Positions 38,577-48,384 of a stretch of DNA of 64,000 nucleotides are shown here, piece by piece. A program made the position numbers and the translations under genes. The notes below the pieces were generated by a model, which saw only the letters and a list, made by a program, of their open reading frames with translations, searched no databases and was not told the origin of the DNA. How positions within the stretch are numbered: the stretch's first letter is position 1; each line of letters starts with the position of its first letter. The stretch is from Candidatus Eiseniibacteriota bacterium (GTDB taxonomy: Bacteria > Eisenbacteria > RBG-16-71-46 > CAZAMP01): positions 5,312,001 through 5,376,000 of the forward strand of contig OZ245046.1 in assembly GCA_965224245.1 (NCBI GenBank). The letters are read 5' to 3'.

Positions 38577-38739
38577 GCTCTCCCCTGGACTGATCTCGGT
38601 GTCCGCGATCAGGGGGAGAGTAAGCGGGATCGCCCCGAGGTCAAGCTCCGAAGCCCATGCGAGCGCGAGGGGGAGCGATGTCGCCTAGCCAGCGCGGCGA
38701 AACGTCTCGTACCTCTCCGCGATGAGCTCGGGCGACGGT

Positions 38740-39297
38740 TCACGGACGTGCCGACCAGGGCTCGATGGAGCCCACCACAAACGGGTCAAGATCTGAATCG
38801 ATCGCGGAGAGCACGCCTGAACAGATCTCTGCGTGCGTCAGCCACCGCGCGACAGCACCGGAACGCTCGAACCCCAGTATCACCCGCTGAAACCGCGTGT
38901 GCTCGAACCGCGGGAAGCGCAGGGTGCTCGTTGCTGCGTCGGGGTTTGCGTTCTGACTACCCAGAACCTGAACGAACCGCGAAGGGTGTCCGGCCTGACA
39001 CACGACCTCGGCGATCTTCGGGCCGAGGGTCTCATCATGCAGCCAGGCCACGACCAGCGTGGGAGGACCCACGTTGCGAACGTGCTCTCGCAGCGCGGAG
39101 AGGAACGTCGACGGCTCGGTCCAGTCGAGCGCGAGCAGATGCACCGACGTCGGTCTGTCGAGCAGACGAGCCGATACGTTCTGGAGGGAACGCTCCGTGC
39201 TCGCAACGAGCGTGATCTCGTCCGACTCCGTTGCCAGCTTCACGCTCGCGTCGGCGAGCATCCCGGTCCCACCGACGATCAGCGTGTGACGGTTCAT
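38740..39297 (-). CDS. Short Rossmann-fold (short-chain dehydrogenase-like) protein
   Basis: LIVGGTGML; VVAWLH; VILGF...RWLTHAEI. Confidence 0.75.
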   Translation of the reverse strand: MNRHTLIVGGTGMLADASVKLATESDEITLVASTERSLQNVSARLLDRPTSVHLLALDWTEPSTFLSALREHVRNVGPPTLVVAWLHDETLGPKIAEVVCQAGHPSRFVQVLGSQNANPDAATSTLRFPRFEHTRFQRVILGFERSGAVARWLTHAEICSGVLSAIDSDLDPFVVGSIEPWSARP

Positions 39298-40262
39298 GCC
39301 GGGTGTCCTGGCGAGACCTCACCGGCATCCGTGCCATGGAGACCCGTCGACAGGTACTTGAGTCCCGAGTCGCAGAGCAACGTCACGACCGTGCCATCGG
39401 GACCCAGACGCTCGGCCTCGCGAATCGCCGCGACGACGTTCGCTCCCGAGGACGTGCCGGCGAAGAGCGCCTCTTCTCTGGCCAGTCGCCGGGCCATGTC
39501 CATGGCGTCGGAGGTGGACACCATGTGCAGTCCATCGACGAGAGACGCATCCCACATCGGAGGAACGAAGCCGGGGCCGACGCCCTCGATCTCGTGCGGT
39601 CCCGCGTCTCCGCCGGACAGGACCGGAGACTCGGCCGGCTCGACGGCGATGATCTGCGTCGGGCCCCGCTCTCCGAGGACCCGCGCGACGCCGGTGATGC
39701 ACTGCGCGGTGCCGACCGACTGGACGAACGCGTCCGGGGGGGCGTCGAGCTGGCTCAGGATCTCCTCGGCCAGCGGGGCGTATCCCGCGGCGGCGTCCGG
39801 GTTGTTGAACTGGTCGGCGAAGAAGGCGCCCGGCGCGCGGGTCAGCTCGGAGGCGTGGGCGATCATGCGCTGGATCAGCTCCTTCGTCGTCCGGCCGCCA
39901 TCGCTCTCGATCTCGATCACGTCGGCCCCGAGGGCGCGCATGTGGTCGCGCTTCTCCTGGCTGAACGCGTCCGAGGTCACCACGGTGATGAGGTAGCCGC
40001 GGGCCGCGCAGACGAATGCGAGGGAGGTGCCGGTGCTGCCGCCGGTGTACTCGATGACGCGTCCACCGCGGGTGAGCCGTCCGGAGGCGGTGGCGCCGTC
40101 GATGACCGAGAGGGCCATCCGGTCCTTCATGCTTCCGGTGGGGTTGTGGTCCTCGGCCTTCACGAAGACCCGGGCGTACCCCTGGGGAACGACGCGTGTC
40201 AGCTCGATCAGGGGCGTGTTGCCGACGGACTCGAGGATTCCCGGGGCGGTATCGGTGCTCAC
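39294..40262 (-). CDS. PLP-dependent cysteine synthase family protein
   Basis: VGNTPL, NPTGSMKDR (PLP Lys), GPHEIEGVG and CDSGLKYLS; variant EYTGGSTG and SVGTAQ motifs. Confidence 0.88.
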   Translation of the reverse strand: MSTDTAPGILESVGNTPLIELTRVVPQGYARVFVKAEDHNPTGSMKDRMALSVIDGATASGRLTRGGRVIEYTGGSTGTSLAFVCAARGYLITVVTSDAFSQEKRDHMRALGADVIEIESDGGRTTKELIQRMIAHASELTRAPGAFFADQFNNPDAAAGYAPLAEEILSQLDAPPDAFVQSVGTAQCITGVARVLGERGPTQIIAVEPAESPVLSGGDAGPHEIEGVGPGFVPPMWDASLVDGLHMVSTSDAMDMARRLAREEALFAGTSSGANVVAAIREAERLGPDGTVVTLLCDSGLKYLSTGLHGTDAGEVSPGHPA

Positions 40263-40365
40263 GGCATGTCCCCGCTTCTCGGGCAAGTAGCGGCTAGATC
40301 TGCTCGACGTGCGAGTCTGACACATCCCCCGCGGGAAGACATCGGCAAGGACGCCGCTGACTCGT

Positions 40366-41100
40366 TCAATCCGCTCGTACCTCGGCCAGTCGCCTGACTG
40401 CGTACTCATCATCCCAGCACACCGCGGCCTCCCATGCAGCCGACGCTTGCGTCGCGACGTCGTACGCGTCGCCGTCCAGATCGGCGGCGTTGTGAGGCAG
40501 CGCCAGGTCGAGGTCGGGGACGTCGACGTGCGCCTCGTCCCAATCGATGAGCGCGACCCGGTCCGCGGTGATGCGGACGTTGCCCGCATTCGTCGGATTG
40601 CCGTGGACGACGCACGTCCGACGTCCGGCGAGTCGCCTCCATGCGGCTCGGCATCGAGCAACGCCCTCGGCCGGCATCGAGCCGAGATCGATCTTCGTCC
40701 CGGTCTCGGCCTGCAGGAGGTCGGTCGACGATCGCCAGCCCGGGCGCTGTGGCCAGCCCCGTGTCGCCTGGTGAAGCCGCCGGAGCGTGTCCGCCACGCG
40801 ACGCCAGTCGGCCTCGGTCTCGGGTGGCTCGCCCTCCACGCAGGTCATCACCACCAGGCCGCGGGCGAACAGCCGACCGTCCGTCGTCGGAATCGGGACA
40901 GGGACGGTGAAGCCTTCACGGTCGAGGTGCTGGAGGAGTTCGGTCTCCCATGTGAGGTCGGCGTCGCTCCTCGTACCGAGGCGAGCGACCGCGAGGCGTC
41001 CGTCGATGCGTACGCTCCACACGTCGTTGGCGACTCCGCCAGCGAGCGGCTCGATGCGAGTGACGGCATCACCCCACTGCTCGAGTGCATCCCACCCCAT
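40366..41100 (-). CDS. APH/choline kinase-like phosphotransferase family protein
   Basis: GGVANDVW, VVHGNPTNAGN and LIDWD; GGAGG RBS. Confidence 0.8.
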   Translation of the reverse strand: MGWDALEQWGDAVTRIEPLAGGVANDVWSVRIDGRLAVARLGTRSDADLTWETELLQHLDREGFTVPVPIPTTDGRLFARGLVVMTCVEGEPPETEADWRRVADTLRRLHQATRGWPQRPGWRSSTDLLQAETGTKIDLGSMPAEGVARCRAAWRRLAGRRTCVVHGNPTNAGNVRITADRVALIDWDEAHVDVPDLDLALPHNAADLDGDAYDVATQASAAWEAAVCWDDEYAVRRLAEVRAD

Positions 41101-41237
41101 GGCGACCTCCTCGCGCTTCCTGACCCGGCTGCTCCGCCAGCCACGCAATCCGCTGCCCACCGGTTTCCGGCGAGGCCCGGCCGATCCTCGGAGCCGGCCG
41201 CCTGCCCCGGATCGCGCGGTCGTGCTAAACTCCTTAC

Positions 41238-41339
41238 ATGCGCACCGAGTCGACCCATATGATCTACGCCTATCCGTACCCCCTGGCCGCGTATCGATTT
41301 ACGCGCGCAGAGGGCGGACGTTCGAGGCGTGTCGTGTAG
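41238..41339 (+). CDS. Tyr/Phe-containing attenuator leader peptide (33 aa, probably leaderless mRNA)
   Basis: MRTESTHMIYAYPYPLAAYRFTRAEGGRSRRVV*; extended -10 TGCTAAACT at 41223-41231. Confidence 0.7.
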   Translation: MRTESTHMIYAYPYPLAAYRFTRAEGGRSRRVV

Positions 41340-41362
41340 GCCGAGCCGACAGGACCCACTCG

Positions 41363-41395
41363 AGAGCCCGTCCGATGATCCGGACGGGCTCTTTT
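41363..41395 (+). terminator. Attenuator terminator upstream of pheA
   Basis: AGAGCCCGTCCG-atgatc-CGGACGGGCTCT then TTT; a competing helix can form between 41315-41326 and 41359-41374. Confidence 0.78.
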
Positions 41396-41435
41396 CGTGA
41401 GCGCCCCGGATCCCGGACGGCCGAAGGAGCCCGAG

Positions 41436-42665
41436 ATGACCGACGATCGCCCCGACCGTAGCGACGAAGCGCCCCCCGCGCCATCCGACAGGTCCGGCGC
41501 CGCCCCGGGCGACGCCCCCGACGCCATCGACCTCGACGCGCTTCGGGCTGAGATCGACCGCCTCGACGAGAGCCTCCTCCGGACGCTCTCCGAGCGCCTC
41601 GGCATCTCCGAGCGCGTCGGTCGCTACAAGAGCCGCGAGACCTCCCGGGCCATCTTCGACCCCGAGCGCGAGCGCCAGCTCTTCACGGTCTGGGTCGAGC
41701 GCGCCCAGCAGATGGGCGTCTCCACGTACTTCGCCGGGCGCATCCTCCGCGAGGTGCTCGATTTCTCGCGCCGGTCCCAGGAGCCGATCCTGACCGAGGA
41801 CGAGAACGGCACCCGCACCGTCACCGTCGGCTACCAGGGCCTCCCGCACGCCTACAGCGAGATGGCCGCCCAGAAGCTCTTCGACGCCCGGAACGGCGGT
41901 CGGGCCGTCCGGAAGGGCTACCCCACGTTCGAGTCCGCGGTCCGGGCGCTCCGCGAGGAGCGTGTCGACTACGTCCTCCTCCCGGTCGAGAACTCCGCGG
42001 CCGGGCCGATCCCCGGCGTGGATCGTCTCCTGATGGCGCGCGACCTCTTCGTCGTCGACGAGGAGACCTGGGAGGTCGAGCACATCCTGGCCGCGCCCCC
42101 GGGCGCCACGATCGAGTCCTTGAAGGAGATCCGATCTCACCCGGCCGCGCTCTCGCAGTGCGAGGCGTTCCTCCAGGGGCTCCCCGGCGTGCGGGTCGAA
42201 CCGTGGTTCGATACCGCCGGCGCGGCCCGCGACGTCGCCCGCGCCGAGGACATCACCGTCGGCGCGATCTCCTCGCGCCAGGCTGCATTCGCGCACGGGC
42301 TCGACGTGCTGGCCAGTGACATCGGGGACGAGGCGCCCAACGTGACCCGCTTCCTCCTCGTCGGTCGCCAGATCGAGCTGCCCGACCCGCGCATCCCGGC
42401 GAAGACGTCGCTCCACGTGATCCTCGATCACAAGCAGGGCGCGCTGGCGCTCTTCCTGGGTGATCTGGCGCAGGGCGGCATCAACCTGACGCGGATCGAG
42501 AGCCGGCCGCAACCGAGGACGCCGGGGCGCTACCAGTTCTTCGTCGACGTGGAGGGCCGCGTGGACGTCGATCCGCTCGCCAGCGCGCTCGAGGCGGCCC
42601 GGGAGCACTGCCACGAGCTTCGCATCCTCGGCTCGTATCCGAGTCGACCGACGAACGCCGTGTAG
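41436..42665 (+). CDS. pheA: Bifunctional chorismate mutase / prephenate dehydratase (P-protein)
   Basis: AroQ motif LRAEIDRLD...K...DPERE; PDT motifs PVENS, SHPAALSQC and NVTRF; ACT domain INLTRIESRP. Confidence 0.92.
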   Translation: MTDDRPDRSDEAPPAPSDRSGAAPGDAPDAIDLDALRAEIDRLDESLLRTLSERLGISERVGRYKSRETSRAIFDPERERQLFTVWVERAQQMGVSTYFAGRILREVLDFSRRSQEPILTEDENGTRTVTVGYQGLPHAYSEMAAQKLFDARNGGRAVRKGYPTFESAVRALREERVDYVLLPVENSAAGPIPGVDRLLMARDLFVVDEETWEVEHILAAPPGATIESLKEIRSHPAALSQCEAFLQGLPGVRVEPWFDTAGAARDVARAEDITVGAISSRQAAFAHGLDVLASDIGDEAPNVTRFLLVGRQIELPDPRIPAKTSLHVILDHKQGALALFLGDLAQGGINLTRIESRPQPRTPGRYQFFVDVEGRVDVDPLASALEAAREHCHELRILGSYPSRPTNAV

Positions 42666-42884
42666 GCGGACTACCGCCTCGAGCGCGAGACGAGTGCCGC
42701 GGTGAGCGTGACTCGGTGCGGACATGCGCGCCGGCGGTACGGGAAAGCCGAAGACGCGTCGGGGTTAGTCCCGATTTCGAGAGTGCGCGCGCACGTCGTC
42801 TAATCTGATCATCCGGTAATCACACGTGGCCCCGGTCGCGAGTACCCCCAACGCGCAGTCGAACACCGCGAGGCACGACCCGAG

Positions 42885-43418
42885 ATGAAACTTCCCAACA
42901 TCATCGTCGCCGGACTCGGAGACGTCGCCAGGCGCGACGCCGGCTTCGGTCCGAACGTGATCTGCGTGCTTCACTCGCTGTACGAGTTCGCCCCCAACGT
43001 GTCGGTCGTCGACGTCGGTGCGTCTCAGCTCGCCCTCGAGGCGTGCGTCCAGCAGGCCGACGTGCTCATCGCCGTCGACTCGATGGCCGCGCCCGGCCGG
43101 CTGGGGGAGATTCGAACGTACGCTCACGCCGAGTTCGACACGCCGGCCGCGCGCGCGGGGGGAAGCACCCCGGCGCCGCAGCTCGTCCGGGCGCTCGCCG
43201 AGGCCGATCGCGTGGGGCGGCTCCCGCACGAGATCGTGCTGATCGCGGCCGTCGTGGCCCGCACCGATGCGGGCACGGGGCTCAGCCAGGTGCTCCTGAA
43301 GTCCGTCCCGGTCGCCGTGGCCGAGGTCGCGCGGACGCTCGACCGGTTCGGCGTCCCCCTGGCGCGACGCGGCGAGACGCACTCGCATTCGCACTCGCAC
43401 GGCGCAACCGCCGCCTGA
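42885..43418 (+). CDS. Hydrogenase maturation protease-like (HybD/HyaD) protein, degenerate, with His-rich tail
   Basis: IVAGLGD...DAGFG, VVDVG, LIAVDS and PG motifs; ends HSHSHSH. Confidence 0.65.
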   Translation: MKLPNIIVAGLGDVARRDAGFGPNVICVLHSLYEFAPNVSVVDVGASQLALEACVQQADVLIAVDSMAAPGRLGEIRTYAHAEFDTPAARAGGSTPAPQLVRALAEADRVGRLPHEIVLIAAVVARTDAGTGLSQVLLKSVPVAVAEVARTLDRFGVPLARRGETHSHSHSHGATAA

Positions 43419-43576
43419 GCCGGCAAGACCCCGACCCCGCCCGTGAGTCGGCGTTTCCTGGACGTTTCGCCCCGGCCTCGTGGTGCCGTTTCGGTCCCGA
43501 GGCGATAGACGTTAGAATCCTCCTGCAAACCCACCGGCTTCTTGGTGGCCCAACCTCGACCGTACGGAGCGTTCCA

Positions 43577-44230
43577 TTGACGAGAACCCGGACGAACACC
43601 GTCGTCCGCGCCGGAGCGATCGCCGCCCGGGCGGCCGCGACGGCGGTCGTGCTCGCCGTCCTCGTGGCGGGGACATCGCAATCCCAGAACGTCGCCGACG
43701 CACCGTCGGCCACGGAAGGACACGACGTGATGAGCTTCCATGATCTCGACACGCGCACGCTCTCCGGCGAGGAGGTCTCGCTGGGCAGCTGGGCGGGCAA
43801 GGTCGCGCTGGTCGTCAACGTCGCCTCGAAGTGCGGCAACACGCCCCAGTACGCGAAGCTCCAGGCCCTCTACGAGGAGCTCCGGGAGGACGGCCTCGTC
43901 GTGCTCGGCTTCCCGTCGAACGACTTCAGGGGTCAGGAGCCCGGCACCGCCGAGGAGATCGCCGAGTTCTGTCGCGTCAACTACGGTGTGACGTTTCCTC
44001 TGTTCGAGAAGCGACACGTGGTGGGCGAGAAGAAGGACCCCGTGTACGCGTTCCTGACCCGCGAGCTTCCGGAGCCGACGTGGAACTTCACGAAGTACCT
44101 CGTCGGTCGCGACGGCCGGGTGCGCAACCGATTCGATCCGAAGACCCCGCCCGACGATCCCGCGCTCGTGGCCGAGATTCGCGAGGCGCTCGCCGCGCCC
44201 GTGATCGGGGCCGACGCGCACACCGACTGA
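43577..44230 (+). CDS. Glutathione peroxidase, possibly exported (alternative start 43730)
   Basis: VNVASKCGNTPQY, LGFPSNDF..QEPG and WNFTKYL; signal-like segment after TTG43577. Confidence 0.88.
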   Translation: MTRTRTNTVVRAGAIAARAAATAVVLAVLVAGTSQSQNVADAPSATEGHDVMSFHDLDTRTLSGEEVSLGSWAGKVALVVNVASKCGNTPQYAKLQALYEELREDGLVVLGFPSNDFRGQEPGTAEEIAEFCRVNYGVTFPLFEKRHVVGEKKDPVYAFLTRELPEPTWNFTKYLVGRDGRVRNRFDPKTPPDDPALVAEIREALAAPVIGADAHTD

Positions 44231-44265
44231 CACCCGTGCCCGACACCGATGGAGAGCCTCGTCCG

Positions 44266-47200
44266 ATGAGCACACGCCGCTGGCTCGTGGCCGCACTGGC
44301 ACCGGCCGTCTGCACCCTGTCCGCGTCCGCGGTGGATCTCGACGTGTTCGGACGCTGGGAGGCCTACGAGGCCCTCGACGTCAAGGCGCTCGACCAGGTC
44401 CACGACACGGCGCGCCCCGACTCTCCCGGAGATCTGATGGCGCTCTACTACGACGCCGAGCCGGACGGTCTCCGGCTGCGCATCGATCTCTTTCGATCGA
44501 GCCGCGTGCCGCTGCTGCCGATCGGGGCGCCGCTCCGCGTGACGGCGCGGCTCACGGTGGGGCGCGAGGCGACCACGCTCGAGGTCGATCTCGACGCGCC
44601 CGGAGCAGACGGGGCGTCCGGCGCGGACGGGTCGGAGCGCGTCCGTCTCCGTGACGGGAACGGACACGAGATCGTGGACGCGATCGGCGGATGGCGCCTC
44701 GATCGGGACCTCGGCGTGCTCGAGGTGTCGCTGGCGCTCCCGCCCGGCTTCGAGCGCGCGACCCTGGACGCGGCTCGCGCGAGCGGACGATTCCCCGCCG
44801 GCGCCGCGTACGCCGACGTGATGCGCTGGGCATGCGAGACCCACGCGACCCCGATCGAGATCCTCGTGACCACCGAGATCGACGGCGTCGTCATCGACAC
44901 GATCTCGGGCACCGAGGCCGCCCGGGGCGGGAGCCACAACATCGCCTTCGTCCACCACGGCAACCAGGGCATCACGTACTCCACGGTGCTCCGGGGCGAG
45001 CGCGGCGAGAGCCCGGGCCTGGAGTGCAGCGCCGCCAATCCCGACGACGGCTTCGACGAGCTCCTGGCCCTCCACGAGTGCACGGGCGTCCCCGGCGCCT
45101 TCCACCTCTCGGGCACGCTCCAGACGGCGGCCGAGTGGCACGACCCCACGTTCAACCAGTGGCTCGCCGACGGCGCCGCCGCCGGCTGGGCCGACATGAT
45201 CACGTCGGCCTACGGGCAGCACATCATGCCCTTCGCCCAGCACGCGATGAACGAGTGGGCGGTCAACGTCGAGGCCGACATGATCGACTGGCGTTACGAC
45301 TTCGTCCCGCGCGTGGCCTGGGTGCCCGAGCGCGTGTGGCTCGAGAGCCCCGACGCCGACGGCAACGGTATCGACGCCTCGTGCGGCGTCGTGGACCCCA
45401 CACTGGTCGACAACTGGCTCCAGCACGGCGTGGACGCGGTGATCCTCGACGACGCATGGCACATGGCCTACTACGACGGTCCGTTCGACGACCGGCAGGT
45501 CTACACGCTCTGGAACGGCCTCAGGGTGGTGCCGATCGACAACGACTTCGTGGGCGCGGTCAACCACGACTGGGGCGCCGCGTGGAACATGATCGTGGGC
45601 CTGTCGCCCGACGAGCTGATGGTCTACGGCAACGACTGGGAGTTCGCCGCCGAGGTGAGCCAGGGGGCCGACAACCCCGAGGCGCTCAACAACTACGTCA
45701 ACATCATCCTCCAGGCCCAGGCCAGCTCGGCCACCGTGCACGTGTGGCGGCTGACCGATGCGATCTACGAGCCCGCGTTCCAGTCCGGCACGGGCGGCAT
45801 CGTGGTGCAGAACGCCACGTATGGGCTTCTCGGCGCTCACGGCGGATACGGCGGGAGCTGCAACGGCTGGTACACCGACTGGGCCGGCTACGTGGGCCCG
45901 GACAACTCGGACGCCCACGATCCCAAGTGGGACTACGGCACGATCTGGAACAACGCGTGGACGAAGCTGTCGGGCGTGCCCTCCAACGACGTCTCCGAGG
46001 CCGGCTGGTACACGATGATGTCGATGCTGCACGAGACCGGCTGGCACGACGACGGCCAGATCTCGGGCTGGATCCACCACTACTCCAATCACATCAAGAA
46101 CGCGAACGTCTACGCCGAGGCGGCGCGCTGGGCGGGCGGTCTGTACGCCGAGAACGCGGGCGCGTTCCCGGCCGATCTCGACGAGGACGGGGTCGAGGAG
46201 CTCGTGATCTACAACGACCGCCTGTACGCCGTGTTCGAGAGCGTCGGGGGGCGCCTGGCCTGGATGTTCGCCAAGGGAATCGACCACGCCTATCCGGTCA
46301 TCGGCAACGATCCGGTGTACTGGGCCGACACGAACGGCGACTTCAACGAGACGAACCACGTGGCCACGCTCTCCGACGTGAGCGTGGGCGGTCGGGATCG
46401 TCAGTTCGATCTGTACGCGCTCGAGGTCATCGAGGGCATCGGCGACGACGTGTCGATCCGGCTCTCGCATCCCGACGTGTCGAAGACGATCTCGGCCAGC
46501 GTCGGCGATCCGTTCCTCCGCGTGCGCTACGACAACCGCGGCCAGGATACCTACGTGAAGTCCGGGTGGTCGCCGCACCTGACCTCGCTCATCTGGAGCG
46601 CCGACATGGAGCGCGTGTGGGGCGACGGCGGCACGTACTTCGGCTACCAGGACCCCAACACCAACGCCACGGGGGCGGTGGTGGCGGGCAGCGCCGGCGC
46701 CGCGCACAACGGGCAGTTCGAGCTGACGCTCCTCGGGGGCGACGAGCTCTACGCGGACGCGCCCTTCGAGGTGCTGCTGTACGGTGGCTACGCCTCGACG
46801 GCCGACGCATCCGATCACGTGGCCGAGCTGGAGGCGCTCGCGGCAGGACTCGTCGACGAGATCGGACCTCGGCCCCTGTCCGCGCTCTACTATCCCGGTC
46901 CGGACCGGCTCGTCGTGTTCACCGACCAGACGACCGCGATCGCCAGCGTCGACGTGACCGGCTTCGGCATCGACGCCGATGACGATGGTGTGGCCGAGGT
47001 CGGCATCGGCGGGGGATCCACGCTCCGGACGACGACCGACGGGCGCCGGTTCGAGATCGATCTCGAACCCGCGACCGCGTCGGCGCTGGAGGTGCTCACG
47101 GCGCCGGATCTCGAGCTCCTGGTGGCGGCCGGATCGATGGAGGACCTCGCGGGCAACGGCAACGACACGATCACGAACGCCGACGACGTGGCGCTCGTCC

Positions 47201-48219
47201 GACTTCCCGAGACGACGATCACGATCGACGGCTTCATCGATCCCGCCGAGTGGACGAGCGACACCCGCCGAGTGGACGATTACTGGGACTCGGGCTGGAC
47301 CACGTCGGCGCCGGCCGACACCAACGAGGTGCAGGCGCTCTTCTGCACCTGGGACGACACGTACCTGTATCTCGGCGTCCAGGGCAAGGTGTACGGCAAC
47401 AGCTGGATCCTGTACCTCGATACCGACCCCGGCGGCCCGAACGGCGAGGTGGACCTGACCGCCATCGACGCCTGGGAGCGGGGGGCGACGTTCTCGAGGC
47501 CCGGCTTCCGCGTGGACTGGCAGTACGGGTGCTACCAGCATCAGTCTCCGTTCGACACCGACGGCTTCTTCCGCGTGACGAGCCCGACGGCCGCCGTCGA
47601 CAACTCGTCCCTCGTGCAGAAGGCGTTCGACTCGATGCACGTGTACGGCGACGACGGCGGCAGCGAGCTGGCCATCCCCTGGGACGTCCTGTACGAGCTC
47701 GGACCGGGCGTCGTGCCCGCGAACGCGTCGATCGCGTTCGTGGCGTCGCTCTGCTGGGATCCCGAGCCTGCGGGCGAGCTGGGCGGCGACGTCGCGCCCG
47801 ACAACGTGTCCGCGGTGCTCCCCGAGGTGGACGGCGCGGTCGAGGTCGTCGTGGATGTGAACGGCGACGGGATCCCGGACGATCCCGGCCTCCTCGACGC
47901 CGGGGATGCGTCCGGTCCCGCGACCCGCCCCGGTGCGCGTCTGATCGATCGCGTGGCGCCCAATCCGCTCCGATCGGGTACGACGATCCAGTTCGCGTTC
48001 GACTCCCCCCGGGGCCGATCCGAGCGCGTGGCCGTGCGCGTGTTCGACGTGGCCGGCCGCCTCGTGGCCGATCTCTTCTCGGGGTCGCTCGAGCCGGGGC
48101 GTCACGAGATCCGCTGGGATCGCCGATCCGGTGACCGCGCGGTGCCCGCGGGCAGCTACCTCGTCCGGGTCGACGTCGGGGACCGCGTCGACGTAGGCAA
48201 GACGACCGTTCTCGACTGA
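44266..48219 (+). CDS. Large secreted GH57-like glycoside hydrolase with DOMON/CBM9-like and C-terminal FlgD-Ig-like domains
   Basis: Signal peptide; GH57-like FVHHGNQ, WVPERVW (nucleophile) and YGNDWE (acid/base); TWDDTYLYL..ELAIPW; APNP...FDVAGRLV tail. Confidence 0.75.
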   Translation: MSTRRWLVAALAPAVCTLSASAVDLDVFGRWEAYEALDVKALDQVHDTARPDSPGDLMALYYDAEPDGLRLRIDLFRSSRVPLLPIGAPLRVTARLTVGREATTLEVDLDAPGADGASGADGSERVRLRDGNGHEIVDAIGGWRLDRDLGVLEVSLALPPGFERATLDAARASGRFPAGAAYADVMRWACETHATPIEILVTTEIDGVVIDTISGTEAARGGSHNIAFVHHGNQGITYSTVLRGERGESPGLECSAANPDDGFDELLALHECTGVPGAFHLSGTLQTAAEWHDPTFNQWLADGAAAGWADMITSAYGQHIMPFAQHAMNEWAVNVEADMIDWRYDFVPRVAWVPERVWLESPDADGNGIDASCGVVDPTLVDNWLQHGVDAVILDDAWHMAYYDGPFDDRQVYTLWNGLRVVPIDNDFVGAVNHDWGAAWNMIVGLSPDELMVYGNDWEFAAEVSQGADNPEALNNYVNIILQAQASSATVHVWRLTDAIYEPAFQSGTGGIVVQNATYGLLGAHGGYGGSCNGWYTDWAGYVGPDNSDAHDPKWDYGTIWNNAWTKLSGVPSNDVSEAGWYTMMSMLHETGWHDDGQISGWIHHYSNHIKNANVYAEAARWAGGLYAENAGAFPADLDEDGVEELVIYNDRLYAVFESVGGRLAWMFAKGIDHAYPVIGNDPVYWADTNGDFNETNHVATLSDVSVGGRDRQFDLYALEVIEGIGDDVSIRLSHPDVSKTISASVGDPFLRVRYDNRGQDTYVKSGWSPHLTSLIWSADMERVWGDGGTYFGYQDPNTNATGAVVAGSAGAAHNGQFELTLLGGDELYADAPFEVLLYGGYASTADASDHVAELEALAAGLVDEIGPRPLSALYYPGPDRLVVFTDQTTAIASVDVTGFGIDADDDGVAEVGIGGGSTLRTTTDGRRFEIDLEPATASALEVLTAPDLELLVAAGSMEDLAGNGNDTITNADDVALVRLPETTITIDGFIDPAEWTSDTRRVDDYWDSGWTTSAPADTNEVQALFCTWDDTYLYLGVQGKVYGNSWILYLDTDPGGPNGEVDLTAIDAWERGATFSRPGFRVDWQYGCYQHQSPFDTDGFFRVTSPTAAVDNSSLVQKAFDSMHVYGDDGGSELAIPWDVLYELGPGVVPANASIAFVASLCWDPEPAGELGGDVAPDNVSAVLPEVDGAVEVVVDVNGDGIPDDPGLLDAGDASGPATRPGARLIDRVAPNPLRSGTTIQFAFDSPRGRSERVAVRVFDVAGRLVADLFSGSLEPGRHEIRWDRRSGDRAVPAGSYLVRVDVGDRVDVGKTTVLD

Positions 48220-48384
48220 GACGCCGTCCGTCACGCGGGCGGCGCCGCGGTCCACGCGGCGTCACGGCCGTTCCGGTCCCGCCGTCTCCGCGCCCGGTGT
48301 GCGATTCCGGCGCGCCGACCGGTCTCCCTTCCAGAGCCGCTTCCCGGGCGGCGAGTTCTCTTCGGAGAAGGAAGGGGGACGAGG

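Noticed and set aside
38590-38740. Possible integron attC sites between the small accessory genes
   Set aside because: No clear RYYYAAC...GTTRRRY boxes and no integrase; several genes overlap by ATGA, leaving no room for attC
43730-44230. Selenocysteine in the glutathione peroxidase
   Set aside because: The active-site codon is TGC (Cys); there is no in-frame TGA
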